Of a stretch of 64,000 nt of DNA, positions 19,991-30,262 are shown in pieces. Made by a program: the position numbers and the translations under genes. The DNA lies in assembly GCA_945903275.1 (NCBI GenBank), contig CAMDNW010000001.1, forward strand, positions 35,094 to 99,093. Direction: 5' to 3'. Source of the DNA: Thermoflexus hugenholtzii JAD2. GTDB lineage: Bacteria; Chloroflexota; Dehalococcoidia; UBA2979. Position 1 is the first letter of the stretch. The number at the start of each line of letters is the position of its first letter. The notes beneath the pieces were generated by a model. That model did not search any database. It was not told the DNA's origin and was given only the letters and a program-made list of their open reading frames with translations.

Positions 19991-20946
19991 CAGGCGGCCT
20001 GCCGCTCCACGATCGATTCGGCGATCCGCATCCGCGCCGATCGCGCCCGCGGGTTCCGCGCCGCCTCGGCCGCCGAGGGCTTCCGGACGCTGCGCGTGAC
20101 CCGCCGCAATGTGGCGACGTGTCCACAAACGCAGACCGGTGTACGGGGCGGACATACGCAAGCGCTTGACTCCTTGCGCATATATTCCTTCACAATGCGG
20201 TCTTCAAGCGAATGGAATGCAATCACGACCAACCGTGAGCCAACGCCGGCGAGCAGGCCGCGGGCCGCTTCCAGCGAGTCAGCCAGGAAATCCAGTTCTC
20301 GGTTGACTGCTATCCGCAGGGCCTGAAACGTCAGGGTGGCGGGGTGAATATGGCGTTCCCGGCCCCGTCCCACGGCCTGCTCGATGGCGTTGACCAGTTC
20401 TTTGGTCGTGTGTAATGGCCTCCGCTCGACGATCGCGCGGGCGATCCGGCGGCTGTGTCGCTCCTCTCCGTATTCCCAGATCAGTGTGGCGAGGTGTTGC
20501 TCGTCGTAACTGTTGATAATGTCCGCGGCGGTTTCGCCCACCGTCTGGTCCATCCGCATGTCCAGTGGCTCGTCCCGCTGAAACGAGAAGCCCCGGCCGG
20601 GCGTGTCCAATTGCATCGATGAGACGCCGAGATCGAACAGCACGCCGTCCACCGACACGAAGCCCTGGCGCTCGCAAACCTCCGCGATCTGTCTGAAATT
20701 GGCGTGTTCCAGCACTACTGCGCTCCCGAAGCGGGCCAGCCGCTCACCGGCCAGCCGGATCGCCTCGGCGTCCGCGTCTAGCCCCAGCAGGGCACCGGAG
20801 GGCTGTGCGGCCTCGATAATCGCCTCGGAGTGCCCGCCGAGGCCGAGCGTACAATCGACATAACGACCACCGGGCCGCACTGTGAGGCCTTCGACGGCTT
20901 CCTGGAGCATCACGGGGGCGTGGCGGGGAGTGGGAGTCGTGGTCAC
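19990..20946 (-). CDS. rsmH: 16S rRNA m4C1402 methyltransferase
   Basis: [49 protein letters not shown]; GTG start overlaps mraZ stop. Confidence 0.97.
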   Translation of the reverse strand: MTTTPTPRHAPVMLQEAVEGLTVRPGGRYVDCTLGLGGHSEAIIEAAQPSGALLGLDADAEAIRLAGERLARFGSAVVLEHANFRQIAEVCERQGFVSVDGVLFDLGVSSMQLDTPGRGFSFQRDEPLDMRMDQTVGETAADIINSYDEQHLATLIWEYGEERHSRRIARAIVERRPLHTTKELVNAIEQAVGRGRERHIHPATLTFQALRIAVNRELDFLADSLEAARGLLAGVGSRLVVIAFHSLEDRIVKEYMRKESSACVCPPRTPVCVCGHVATLRRVTRSVRKPSAAEAARNPRARSARMRIAESIVERQAA

Positions 20947-21365
20947 TGGAGCGCCTCGGCTTCCGCCGCGCGCAGCGCCGCCTGCTCGGCGAGCCACCGC
21001 TCGTACTCCCAGACTTCGAGGTAATCGCCGCAGCCGACGACCACTGCGCGGCCGTCGAGGCCAGTGGTGGCCCGGATCGGTGCGGGGACGAGGATCCGCC
21101 CCTGGCGGTCGAGTTCCACCGCAAAGGCTTCCGCCATGAACTGACGTCGCGTCCGCCGCGCCGCCAGCGTCCGGCTGCTCTCTTCCTTGCCCGACAGCCG
21201 ACGCGCGGCCTCAGCTTCGAAGCCTTCGCTTGTGTACAGTTCGATGCAGCCCTCGACGGACGGTCGCAGCACACCGCCCGCGCCAAAGTCGCGGCGGAAT
21301 GCGGCGGGGACGGCCAGCCGGCCTCGCTCATCCATCGCGTGCTCGTAGGTTCCGTAGAAGGTCAA
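20943..21365 (-). CDS. mraZ: Division/cell wall cluster regulator MraZ
   Basis: TTG start; [18 protein letters not shown] and [10 protein letters not shown] duplicated motifs. Confidence 0.95.
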   Translation of the reverse strand: MTFYGTYEHAMDERGRLAVPAAFRRDFGAGGVLRPSVEGCIELYTSEGFEAEAARRLSGKEESSRTLAARRTRRQFMAEAFAVELDRQGRILVPAPIRATTGLDGRAVVVGCGDYLEVWEYERWLAEQAALRAAEAEALQ

Positions 21366-21408
21366 ATCCCGCCTCGATGTGGCCGGGCCAGAGTTCATGG
21401 GTATAATC

Positions 21409-21432
21409 CCCATTTTCACCCACCGACGCCCC
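21409..21432 (-). promoter_or_regulatory. MraZ-binding direct repeats
   Basis: Minus strand GGGG-N6-TGGG-N6-TGGG (10-bp period) upstream of mraZ. Confidence 0.55.
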
Positions 21433-21548
21433 GGAAGACTACCACAGGCCCCCGTAGGGCCGCAATAAGCAGTCGGTTTACGTCTTAGGGGGCAGTCACA
21501 ACCGCCATCGGAGGCATCCGCGCTACGATTTGCGGGAAGGAGCCACTG

Positions 21549-22058
21549 ATGACCCAGCAGCCCCCCGCCCCCCGCGCCGCCGTGCTCACCGTCAGCGACG
21601 CCGGCTCCCGCGGCGAGCGTGTCGACACTGCTGGGCCAGTCGCCGTCGCGCTGCTTCGCGATGCGGGCTTCTATGTCGCTCTGACCGCTCTGCTCCCGGA
21701 CGAACCCGCGCAGATCGAGGCGACGCTGAAGCGGTGGGCGGACATCGACGGATGCGTGCTGATCGTCACGACCGGCGGCACCGGCCTTGCGCCTCGCGAC
21801 CGTACGCCCGAGGCGACCACTGCCGTCTGCGACTACCTCGTACCCGGCATCGGCGAAGCGATGCGCGCCGCCAGCCTCACGATCACGCAGATGGCAATGA
21901 TTTCGCGCGCCATCGCCGGTGTCCGGGGCCGCACACTGATCGTGAACCTTCCCGGCTCTGAGGGGGGTGCGCGCGACAATCTCAACACTGTGCTGCCGGT
22001 GCTGCACCACGCGGTCACGCTGCTCGCGGGCAGCACCGCGCATACCGCGCAGCCCTAG
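21549..22058 (+). CDS. mog: Molybdopterin adenylyltransferase MogA/MoaB family
   Basis: LTVSD, TTGGTGLAPRDRTPEAT, NLPGS; AAGGAG SD. Confidence 0.9.
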   Translation: MTQQPPAPRAAVLTVSDAGSRGERVDTAGPVAVALLRDAGFYVALTALLPDEPAQIEATLKRWADIDGCVLIVTTGGTGLAPRDRTPEATTAVCDYLVPGIGEAMRAASLTITQMAMISRAIAGVRGRTLIVNLPGSEGGARDNLNTVLPVLHHAVTLLAGSTAHTAQP

Positions 22059-22067
22059 CCGCCGTCG

Positions 22068-22820
22068 ATGCGCTTCGACATCCTCACGCTGTTCCCCGGC
22101 ATGTTCGCCGGCCCGCTGGACGAGTCGATCCTTAAGCGCGCCCGCGACGCGGGCGTGATTGAGGTCGCTCTGCACGACCTCCGCGGCTGGGCTACCGACA
22201 AGCACCACACGGTGGATGACTACCCGTTTGGCGGCGGCGCCGGCATGGTGATGAAGCCTGAGCCGCTCTTCGCGGCCGTCGAGGCGATCCAGCCGCTCGC
22301 CGAGCCGCCTGCGCGCGTGGTGCTGCTGACCCCGCAGGGCCGCCGCCTGGATCGTGCGCTTTCCCGCGAACTCGCTGCCGAGCCGCGCCTGCTGCTCGTC
22401 TGCGGTCGCTACGAGGGCGTCGACGAGCGCGTCCGTGGGCACCTCGTGAACCTCGAAGTCAGCGTGGGCGACGTGGTGCTCTCCGGCGGCGAGTTGCCTG
22501 CGATGCTGCTGTTGGACGCCGTGGCTCGCCTGATCCCCGGCGTCCTCGGCTCCGAGGGTTCGCTCATCGAAGAATCCTTTGAGGGCAGCCTGCTCGAATA
22601 CCCCCAGTTCACCCGCCCCGCCGAGTTCCGAGGGCTACCTGTCCCCGATGTTTTGCTCTCTGGTAACCACGGCGAGGTCGACATCTGGCGGCGACGCCAA
22701 CGCCTGCTCCGCACCCGAGCCCGCCGCCCCGACCTGCTTGCGGATGCCGACCTGACCCCAAAGGAGCGGTCGTGGCTCGACACTCAGCCTGACTCGACTG
22801 AACCGCTGCCGAGCGGCTAG
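22068..22820 (+). CDS. trmD: tRNA (guanine37-N1)-methyltransferase
   Basis: [39 protein letters not shown]. Confidence 0.98.
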   Translation: MRFDILTLFPGMFAGPLDESILKRARDAGVIEVALHDLRGWATDKHHTVDDYPFGGGAGMVMKPEPLFAAVEAIQPLAEPPARVVLLTPQGRRLDRALSRELAAEPRLLLVCGRYEGVDERVRGHLVNLEVSVGDVVLSGGELPAMLLLDAVARLIPGVLGSEGSLIEESFEGSLLEYPQFTRPAEFRGLPVPDVLLSGNHGEVDIWRRRQRLLRTRARRPDLLADADLTPKERSWLDTQPDSTEPLPSG

Positions 22821-22877
22821 ACTGAACCTCCCGCGCCGAATGGCCCGGATCCTAGCCATCGACTGATGAGGCCTGCC

Positions 22878-23243
22878 ATGAGCATCAACATCTTCGATCT
22901 GCGCGGCCTCGCCGCGCCGCGCAACGAGACCATCCCGGAGTTCGCCTCCGGCGACACCGTCCGCGTGAACGTACGCGTCGTCGAAGGCGAGCGCGAGCGC
23001 ATCCAGGCATTCGAAGGCCTTGTGATCCGGGTGCGCAATGGCGCGGCCGGTACATTCACCGTCCGCCGCATCGCGTCCAACGGCGTCGGTGTCGAGCGTA
23101 CCTTCCCGTTCAACGGTGCACGCGTCGAGAAGGTCGAAGTTACCCGCCGCGGCCGTGTCCGCCGCGCGAAGCTCTACTACCTCCGCGGACTCACCGGCCG
23201 CGCCGCCCGCGTCAAGGAAGCCCGCCGCGTCACGACGAGCTAA
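22878..23243 (+). CDS. rplS: 50S ribosomal protein L19
   Basis: [33 protein letters not shown]. Confidence 0.98.
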   Translation: MSINIFDLRGLAAPRNETIPEFASGDTVRVNVRVVEGERERIQAFEGLVIRVRNGAAGTFTVRRIASNGVGVERTFPFNGARVEKVEVTRRGRVRRAKLYYLRGLTGRAARVKEARRVTTS

Positions 23244-23267
23244 CAGTATCCGCTCGGATGCAACACC

Positions 23268-23295
23268 GAAGCCCGCTCATCGAACGGGCTTCTTG
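23268..23295. terminator. Intrinsic terminator after rplS (possibly bidirectional)
   Basis: gaagcccg-N9-cgggcttc followed by tt, between convergent genes. Confidence 0.6.
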
Positions 23296-23313
23296 ATCTG
23301 TGGTACACGATTA

Positions 23314-23817
23314 TCAGATACCAACGTCGATTGGGTGCTCCGGATCCGGGTGACGCCCTTCCAGGAGGTCGCGAAGGTGCCTCGCCAGTGTGCGCGGCAC
23401 AAAGACTTGGTTTGTGGCGGCATCGATTTCATCGAGGAGCCACCACTTGTGCTCGCCGACCGGGCGTTCCTCCCAGCCTTCGAGCGCGCCGGGGGCAGGC
23501 ATGAACGGCTCCGTGCGGATCATGAAGAAGCGCTCGTGTGACTCGTAGCGCGTGCCCTCCCAGATGAAGGTGTGCGTGCGGCGCCAGACGGCCGAGCCGA
23601 TCTCGTTCGGCTCCAGGCCGGTCTCTTCCCACAACTCGCGCCGCGCGGCGTCCTCCCAGCCCTCACCCTGCTCCACAACGCCGCCGGGCGTGACCCAGAT
23701 GTTGGGGTCTTCGCCGCCGATGACGTGCATGAGCAGGATGCGGTCGTAGGTATCGAGCACGATCGTGCGCGCGGAGAACCGCGGGATGGGGCCGAAGGCC
23801 TGGCCGACTGGTGGCAT
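23314..23817 (-). CDS. NUDIX hydrolase
   Basis: Nudix box GGVVEQGEGWEDAARRELWEETG. Confidence 0.92.
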   Translation of the reverse strand: MPPVGQAFGPIPRFSARTIVLDTYDRILLMHVIGGEDPNIWVTPGGVVEQGEGWEDAARRELWEETGLEPNEIGSAVWRRTHTFIWEGTRYESHERFFMIRTEPFMPAPGALEGWEERPVGEHKWWLLDEIDAATNQVFVPRTLARHLRDLLEGRHPDPEHPIDVGI

Positions 23818-23861
23818 CTGCCGCTCCGTCCTCCAGTGGGCGGGACACTATCATGCCGGAC

Positions 23862-26540
23862 GTGACTGCTGTGCCCCCCGTCCGCCCCAAGTACGTGCAG
23901 GTCGCGGTCAACGCGGGCCGTCCGAACTTCATGACCTTCACCTACCGCGTGCCTCCCGGCCGGGCTGTCGAGGCTGGCGAGGTGGTGCATGTCCCTTGGG
24001 GCCAGCGCACACTTCAAGGGCTGGTGACCGAAGGCCCGATGGATCTGTCCGGCTATCGAGGCGACATCCGCGACCTAGAGCCGCCGCTCGCCAACCCGCC
24101 GACACTGACACCGCAACGCCTCGCGCTCGCTATGTGGGTGGCGGAGTACTACTACTCGCCGCCGTGGGAGGCGGTCGCGTTGCTGCTCCCGCCCGGCGCA
24201 GGCGAGTCGCCTCGCACAGCCATCGTGCGCGGTACGGCACCGCCCGCCGAGGCGCTGTCCGAGCGGCAGGAGGCACTGCTTTCACTGCTCGACGAGACGC
24301 CGAGGCTGGCGGACGACCTACGTGAGGCGGTCGGGGCGCGTGGCTTCGATGCCGCACTCACGGCGCTGATCCGGCGAGGACTGGCGGAGCGGCGTTACTC
24401 GCTGGCACGACCGCGAGGCCGCGCGCGCACCTCGCAGTCAGTACGGCTGCTCGCCACGCCTGAGCGCGCCCAAGCATACGCGCGCAACATCGAAGGCCGC
24501 CGCGCTTCTCGCCATGCACGCGCGCTGCGTGCGCTGCTGGACGCCGACGGCCCGCTGGCGTTCGACAGCCTCGCGCGGATTGTGCGGGGTGCTCCGGCTG
24601 TGGAGACACTGCTTGATGAGCATCTGATCGTGCGCGATGCCGATGACCTTGTACGCCTCGTTATCAGTGCGGACGAGGCGCTGGTGCAGATCCGCGTGCT
24701 ATCGCGGTCGCGCGCCGAGCAGGCGGCGGCAACGCTGCTCGAACGGCTCGTGGACGAGGGCGGACATGCGTTGCCGATGGCCGGCTTAGGGCGCGAGATC
24801 GGCGATGGCGCACGCGAGGCGATCGCACGGCTAGAAGGCGAAGGCCTCGTGCGTATCGAGGATGTCCTCGAACGCCGCGACCCGCTGCGCAGCCTGCTGG
24901 TCACGCACCTCCCGCCGCCTGACCTGATCCTGGAGCAGCGTGAGGCCGCTTCGCGCATCCGCGCCGCCATCGACCGCGCGGACGGCACTGGCCTGCTGCT
25001 GCAGGGTGTCACAGGCAGCGGTAAGACCGAGGTCTACCTTGACGCGCTGCTCCATGCCGTCGAGCAGGGCAAGCGCGGCATCGTGCTGGTGCCGGAGATC
25101 GCGCTCACGCCGCAGACCGTGCGCCGGTTCGCGGAACGCTTCCCAGGCAAGATCGGCGTGCTGCACTCCGGCCTGACGCCCGGCGAGGCGTTTGACGAGT
25201 GGCACGCGACCGCGGAAGGCCGCTACGACGTGGTGATCGGCTCGCGCTCCGCGATCTTCGCGCCGCAACCGGATCTTGGTCTCATCGTGATCGACGAGGC
25301 GCATGAGTGGACGTACAAGCAGACTGACCCCGCGCCCCGCTATGACGCACGCACGGTCGCGGCACACCTCGCCACGCTGACCGGGGTGGCAGTCGTTTAC
25401 GGTACCGCCACGCCCGACGCCGAACGCTGGTACAACGCAGCCGAGGGCCGCCTCGAACGTATCGACCTGCCGCGGCGGTTACGTCCGGTCGCGCAGCCAA
25501 GCGGCGGCACGACGCTGTGGCCGGCCGCCGACCTCCCGCCGGTGGAGGTCGTCGATGTGCGCGGGGAACGCAGCCTGTTCTCGGCGCCGCTGATGCAGGC
25601 GCTCGGCGAGACACTCGACCGCGACGAACAGACGATCCTATTCCTCAACCGCCGCGGCCTCGCAGGCTATCTGCTCTGCCCTGGTGGACACTCACCCGTC
25701 TGTCCTTCGTGCGATGTCGCGATGTCGGTGCATGAAGAACCGAATGGGGCGACTCGGCTGATCTGTCACCAGTGCAATCGCTCGCGTGCGATGACCGAGC
25801 GGTGCAGCGAGTGCGGACGCGCACTCCGTCCAGCGCGCGCCGGTACGCAGCAGGTCGAGCGCGAGGTGCGCACATTGTTCCCGACGGCGAAGGTGCTGCG
25901 CTGGGATCGTGACACTGCTCGCACTGCTGAGCAGCACGAGGCACTCCTCGGCCAGTTCAGGAGGCACGAGGCAGACGTGCTTGTGGGTACGCAGATGATC
26001 GCGAAGGGTCTCGACTTGCCACTCGTCACGCTCGTCGGCGTTGTGCTCGCGGACTACTCGCTGTGGAGCGGTGGTTTCCGGGCGAAAGAGCAGACGTTCC
26101 AGTTGCTCGCTCAGGTCTCGGGGCGCGCTGGCCGCGCCGAACGTGCGGGGCGGGTGGTGATCCAGACACTCCAGCCGGAGGATCGTGCCATCGCTTCGGC
26201 GGCGACGTACGACGTTGATGGCTTCTTTGAGACGGAACTGCCGTGGCGCAACGAGCACAGATACCCGCCCTTCACGCGCCTCGCCCGCCTTGTGTTCTCT
26301 CACCTCCGCAACGAATACGCGCTTGAGGAGGCTCAGCGTGTGCAGCGCGAACTACACCGAGTGGCTTCGGGCCTGCCGGATGCTGAGGTGCTCGGCCCTA
26401 CGCCGCCACCGATCGCGCGCGTGCGGGGGCGCTACCGCTGGGGGTTGCTCATCCGCGGTGCCGACCCGGTAGCGGTCATCCGGGAGGTCGATCTGCCACC
26501 CGGCTGGGTGGTCGATATCGACCCAATTACGGTCGCCTGA
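23862..26540 (+). CDS. priA: Primosomal protein N' helicase
   Basis: GVTGSGKTEVY, LVPEIALTPQ, DEAH, Cys-rich Zn region, GTQMIAKGLD, QVSGRAGR; start at 23853 (ATG) or 23862 (GTG). Confidence 0.96.
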   Translation: MTAVPPVRPKYVQVAVNAGRPNFMTFTYRVPPGRAVEAGEVVHVPWGQRTLQGLVTEGPMDLSGYRGDIRDLEPPLANPPTLTPQRLALAMWVAEYYYSPPWEAVALLLPPGAGESPRTAIVRGTAPPAEALSERQEALLSLLDETPRLADDLREAVGARGFDAALTALIRRGLAERRYSLARPRGRARTSQSVRLLATPERAQAYARNIEGRRASRHARALRALLDADGPLAFDSLARIVRGAPAVETLLDEHLIVRDADDLVRLVISADEALVQIRVLSRSRAEQAAATLLERLVDEGGHALPMAGLGREIGDGAREAIARLEGEGLVRIEDVLERRDPLRSLLVTHLPPPDLILEQREAASRIRAAIDRADGTGLLLQGVTGSGKTEVYLDALLHAVEQGKRGIVLVPEIALTPQTVRRFAERFPGKIGVLHSGLTPGEAFDEWHATAEGRYDVVIGSRSAIFAPQPDLGLIVIDEAHEWTYKQTDPAPRYDARTVAAHLATLTGVAVVYGTATPDAERWYNAAEGRLERIDLPRRLRPVAQPSGGTTLWPAADLPPVEVVDVRGERSLFSAPLMQALGETLDRDEQTILFLNRRGLAGYLLCPGGHSPVCPSCDVAMSVHEEPNGATRLICHQCNRSRAMTERCSECGRALRPARAGTQQVEREVRTLFPTAKVLRWDRDTARTAEQHEALLGQFRRHEADVLVGTQMIAKGLDLPLVTLVGVVLADYSLWSGGFRAKEQTFQLLAQVSGRAGRAERAGRVVIQTLQPEDRAIASAATYDVDGFFETELPWRNEHRYPPFTRLARLVFSHLRNEYALEEAQRVQRELHRVASGLPDAEVLGPTPPPIARVRGRYRWGLLIRGADPVAVIREVDLPPGWVVDIDPITVA

Positions 26541-26603
26541 ACCCTGCTGGGGGCGCGGCTGCCTCGCTGAGACGCTGCGCGGGATGCCCCATACAATCGC
26601 TGG

Positions 26604-27164
26604 GTGGCAGTGCGACCGATCCGCTACCTAGGTGATCCCGTCTTACGCCAGCCCGCGAAGAAGGTGCGGAAGGTGGATGACGCGATCCTCCAGTTGATCG
26701 CGGACATGATCGAGTCGATGTATGCCGCGCAAGGCGTCGGGCTGGCCGCGCCGCAGATCGGGGTGCCATTGCGTGTCGTGGTGCTCGGGATGCCGGACGA
26801 GGATCCGTTTGCCCTGATCAACCCAGTGGTCATCCGTCGTGAAGGTACGCGGCGGATGCAGGGAGAGGGCTGCCTCTCTGTTCCTGGCTATCGAGGTGCG
26901 TTGACGCGGTCGGAGAAAGTGGTCGTTCGTGCACTCAATGAGCACGGCAAGGAGGTGCGCATTCGCGCGGAGAACAACCTCCTTGCGGAAGCGTTAGAGC
27001 ATGAAGTGGATCACATCAACGGCATTCTGTATGTCGACCGCCTAGACAGCACGGACGACCTCATCAAGCTCGACGGCACTGACTGGGCTACCGCGCGGCC
27101 GATCGGCGAGGCTGCCGAGGAACCTGCTGCTGAGGCAGTAGAGGAGGTGGCGCAGCGTGGCTGA
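26604..27164 (+). CDS. def: Peptide deformylase
   Basis: GVGLAAPQIG, EGCLS, HEVDH. Confidence 0.97.
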   Translation: MAVRPIRYLGDPVLRQPAKKVRKVDDAILQLIADMIESMYAAQGVGLAAPQIGVPLRVVVLGMPDEDPFALINPVVIRREGTRRMQGEGCLSVPGYRGALTRSEKVVVRALNEHGKEVRIRAENNLLAEALEHEVDHINGILYVDRLDSTDDLIKLDGTDWATARPIGEAAEEPAAEAVEEVAQRG

Positions 27165-27471
27165 GTTCCTGCTGCTCGTCATCCCGGTAGTTGCCGCGTT
27201 TTACTTCATTCTGGTGCGGCCGGTGGTGGAGCAGCAGAAGCGCCGCCGCCGGGACATCTCGCGGCTGCACGTTGGCGACGAGGTGCTGACGGCAGGTGGG
27301 TTCTATGCAGTGGTGCTCGACATCCAGACCAGCGAAGGTGGCGGTGTGGAGATCACGCTGGAACCGGCCCCGGGTGTGCGCCTGCGCGCGACCGCCGAGG
27401 CGATCCTGAGTATCACCACATCAGAGTCAGATGGGGCCGTCCAGCAGCGTAGGAAGGCCGGGAGCGCCTAA
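27157..27471 (+). CDS. yajC: Preprotein translocase subunit YajC
   Basis: FYFILVRP, LHVGDEVLTAGGFY; upstream of secD. Confidence 0.92.
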   Translation: MAEFLLLVIPVVAAFYFILVRPVVEQQKRRRRDISRLHVGDEVLTAGGFYAVVLDIQTSEGGGVEITLEPAPGVRLRATAEAILSITTSESDGAVQQRRKAGSA

Positions 27472-28943
27472 TGCCGACTCGAAGCCGGTGGATACCGGTG
27501 TTGTTGATCGTCTTGCTGACGGCGGGTGCGTTCTACGTGATCTGGCCACGGCGGCCTGCCGAGTTCCTGCCTTCGAAACTGTTCGGTGTGCGCATCCCGT
27601 GGCCAGCGGGACAGGGCGTCCAGATCGGCGACTTTGAGCGCCGCTATATGCGTCTCGGCCTCGACCTACAGGGCGGGACGCGACTGCTGCTCGGTGCGTC
27701 GCTGCCGGAAGGCATCGAGGGCAACGTCAATGACGCGATGGACGGCACGGTCAGCGTGCTGCGCCGCCGTGTCGACGCGACCGGTCTGGCCGAGGCCGAA
27801 ATCACGCGACAGGGTGCCACGAATATCTCTGTGCAGCTGCCTGGCAAGACCCGGGAGGAAGCACGCTCCTTGCTTGGACGGACGGCCCTGCTCCAGTTCT
27901 GCGAGCAGGCGCCCGGCATCGATCCCGACCTGCGCGTGCCCTGCGATCAGGACGGCCAGTGGGTGCGGGCTGTCGGCAAGATCGAGGGGCAGAGCGTGCC
28001 ACTCACGTCGCGTTTCCTCAAGGCAAACGCACAGATCGGCACCGACACGCTTGGTCAGCCGCAAGTGATCTTTGAGTGGCAGGGCGATGGTGTGGAACTG
28101 TCTAGGCAGATCACCGAGCGCCTGGTAGGCAGGCCGCTGGGTATCTTTCTCGACAACGAAGCGCTGACCAAACCGACCGTGCAGAGCGTGATCGAGAGCA
28201 GCGGCATTATCACCGGCATGACCCTCGACAGCCGTCCAGGCCGCATTGGTGCCCGCGAACTGGTGGTTCAGTTGAACTCGGGGGCATTGCCGGTGCAACT
28301 GACCGTGCTGCAAGAGCAGAACGTCGATGCCACGCTGGGCACCGATGCGGTGCGGGAATCGGTGCTTGCGGGCGAGATCGGTCTGCTCCTCGTGGTGCTG
28401 TTTATGGTGCTGTACTACCGCGTGCCTGGACTGCTCGCCGCGCTGGCGCTGGTTGTGTATGCCGCGCTCTCGCTCGCGGTCTTCAAACTGGTTCCGGTGA
28501 CTATCACGCTCGCAGGGATCGGCGCGTTTGTGCTGTCGGTCGGTATGGCCGTGGACGCGAATATCTTGGTATTCGAGCGCATGAAAGAAGAGATGCGTGA
28601 CGGGCGCTCGTACGCCGCCTCGATCGAGGCAGGCTTCGCGCGCGCGTGGTCGTCGATCCGCGACTCTAACGTCGCGACGCTGATCACGACGTTCATCCTG
28701 TACATCCTCGGCGGTGGTATCAGCATCCCGGGCCTTGGTTCCTTTGAGGCGCCGCTGGTGCAGGGGTTCGCGATCACGCTGGGTCTGGGGGTCCTCGTCT
28801 CGATGTTCTCGGCGATCGTGGTGACGCGTTCTTTCCTGCGGCTGCTGGTTGGCACCGGTATCGCGCGTAACGCGGAATGGCTGGGAGCGAACTTGCGTCC
28901 GAGTGAACCGGCACCATCCTCCGCCGTGGGGGTGGAGCGATGA
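27471..28943 (+). CDS. secD: Protein translocase subunit SecD
   Basis: LGLDLQGG, SGALPV, GMAVDANILVFER, IRDSN. Confidence 0.96.
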   Translation: MPTRSRWIPVLLIVLLTAGAFYVIWPRRPAEFLPSKLFGVRIPWPAGQGVQIGDFERRYMRLGLDLQGGTRLLLGASLPEGIEGNVNDAMDGTVSVLRRRVDATGLAEAEITRQGATNISVQLPGKTREEARSLLGRTALLQFCEQAPGIDPDLRVPCDQDGQWVRAVGKIEGQSVPLTSRFLKANAQIGTDTLGQPQVIFEWQGDGVELSRQITERLVGRPLGIFLDNEALTKPTVQSVIESSGIITGMTLDSRPGRIGARELVVQLNSGALPVQLTVLQEQNVDATLGTDAVRESVLAGEIGLLLVVLFMVLYYRVPGLLAALALVVYAALSLAVFKLVPVTITLAGIGAFVLSVGMAVDANILVFERMKEEMRDGRSYAASIEAGFARAWSSIRDSNVATLITTFILYILGGGISIPGLGSFEAPLVQGFAITLGLGVLVSMFSAIVVTRSFLRLLVGTGIARNAEWLGANLRPSEPAPSSAVGVER

Positions 28944-30262
28944 CGACCATCGACCTCGTTGGTCCTCGCAAATGGTTATTCCTGATCAGTGGTCTGATGG
29001 TCGCCATCTCGATTGGCCTTCTCCTGATCCCGCCCGCGCTCAAGCCGGGTATCGAGTTCACCTCCGGCACCACCATGCATCTGCGTTTCGCGGGCCGTGC
29101 GCTGCAGGACGACGTGCGCGATGAGTTCGCTCGGATCGGTCACGAGGAGGCGCGGGTACAGTCGACGGGGGCGCGCGAGTTCCTCATCCGCACCCGGAAT
29201 CTGGAGACGCCGGAAGGTTCGTTCGTGGAGGTAGTGCCGACTGCGGCGGCAGCCGCGACCGCGACACCGAGCCCGACGGACGCGACGGTGACCATCGGCC
29301 GTGCTGGTGCGACCGGCGATATCGCGCTGCGGGCTGTGGTCGGTGGCGACCCGTGCCGCCTCGGGATCGAGGCTGGTAAGGCCAGCGCTGGCGCGACCGC
29401 GCGGGTGGTCGAGCGGTTCGAGGACTGCGCGAGCGGCGCGACTTATCGCGTTCAGATAGGGACGGTGACAGGCTTCATTGCGGCTGCGGACACGCGTGAC
29501 CTGAAGCTTGCCGCGACGCCTGCGGCCGGGGCGAGCGCCACGCCCACGCCGGTAGCGACTCCTGCCGCGCCGCGTCCGCAGGCGTCCGGTGAGCGTGGCG
29601 AGATCGAGGCGGCATTGCAGGCACGATTCGGAGACTTTGAGGTATTGGAGTTCTCGACAGTGTCGCCCGTGATCTCGCAGGCCGCAGTGCGGAACGCGAC
29701 GGTGGCGGTGATTGTGTCCTCGCTGTTCATCATGGGGTACATCGCGTTTGCGTTTGCCACTGTGCCGCGCCCGTTCCGGTACGCCGTGTGCGCGATCGTC
29801 GCCACGCTGCACGACGCGATCGTCGTGCTAGGCGCGTTCTCATTGCTCGGGAAGCTGTTCGGGATTGAAGTGAACCTGATGTTCATCACCGGGTTGCTGA
29901 CGATCATCGGCTTCTCGGTACACGACACTATTGTGGTCTTCGACCGCATCCGCGAGAACATCCGGCTCGCTCCGGCGGCATCGCTGCACGAGAGTGTGAA
30001 CGCCGCCCTGTTGCAAACGCTGGCGCGCTCCTTCAACACCTCGATCACGGTGTTGCTCACGGTGGCGGCGCTGCTGTTGCTGGGAGGCGCCTCGATCCAG
30101 TCGTTCCTGCTAGTGCTGCTCGTCGGCGTGGTCGTCGGGATGTATTCGAGCATCGCCGTGGCCGCGCAACTGCTGGTGGCGTGGGAGGACGGGGATTTCG
30201 GGCGACTCCGCGACCGGCTGACCGGCCGTGTGAGCGCACCCGCCGAGGCGAGTGGGCGCTAG
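28940..30262 (+). CDS. secF: Protein translocase subunit SecF with large extracytoplasmic insertion
   Basis: GIEFTSG, GFSVHDTIVVFDRIREN, RSFNTS, GMYSSI. Confidence 0.95.
   Translation: MTTIDLVGPRKWLFLISGLMVAISIGLLLIPPALKPGIEFTSGTTMHLRFAGRALQDDVRDEFARIGHEEARVQSTGAREFLIRTRNLETPEGSFVEVVPTAAAAATATPSPTDATVTIGRAGATGDIALRAVVGGDPCRLGIEAGKASAGATARVVERFEDCASGATYRVQIGTVTGFIAAADTRDLKLAATPAAGASATPTPVATPAAPRPQASGERGEIEAALQARFGDFEVLEFSTVSPVISQAAVRNATVAVIVSSLFIMGYIAFAFATVPRPFRYAVCAIVATLHDAIVVLGAFSLLGKLFGIEVNLMFITGLLTIIGFSVHDTIVVFDRIRENIRLAPAASLHESVNAALLQTLARSFNTSITVLLTVAALLLLGGASIQSFLLVLLVGVVVGMYSSIAVAAQLLVAWEDGDFGRLRDRLTGRVSAPAEASGR

Noticed and set aside
21366-22442. Long N-terminal extension of MraZ (499-aa ORF)
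   Set aside because: Antisense to mog and trmD; MraZ homology starts at TTG 21365
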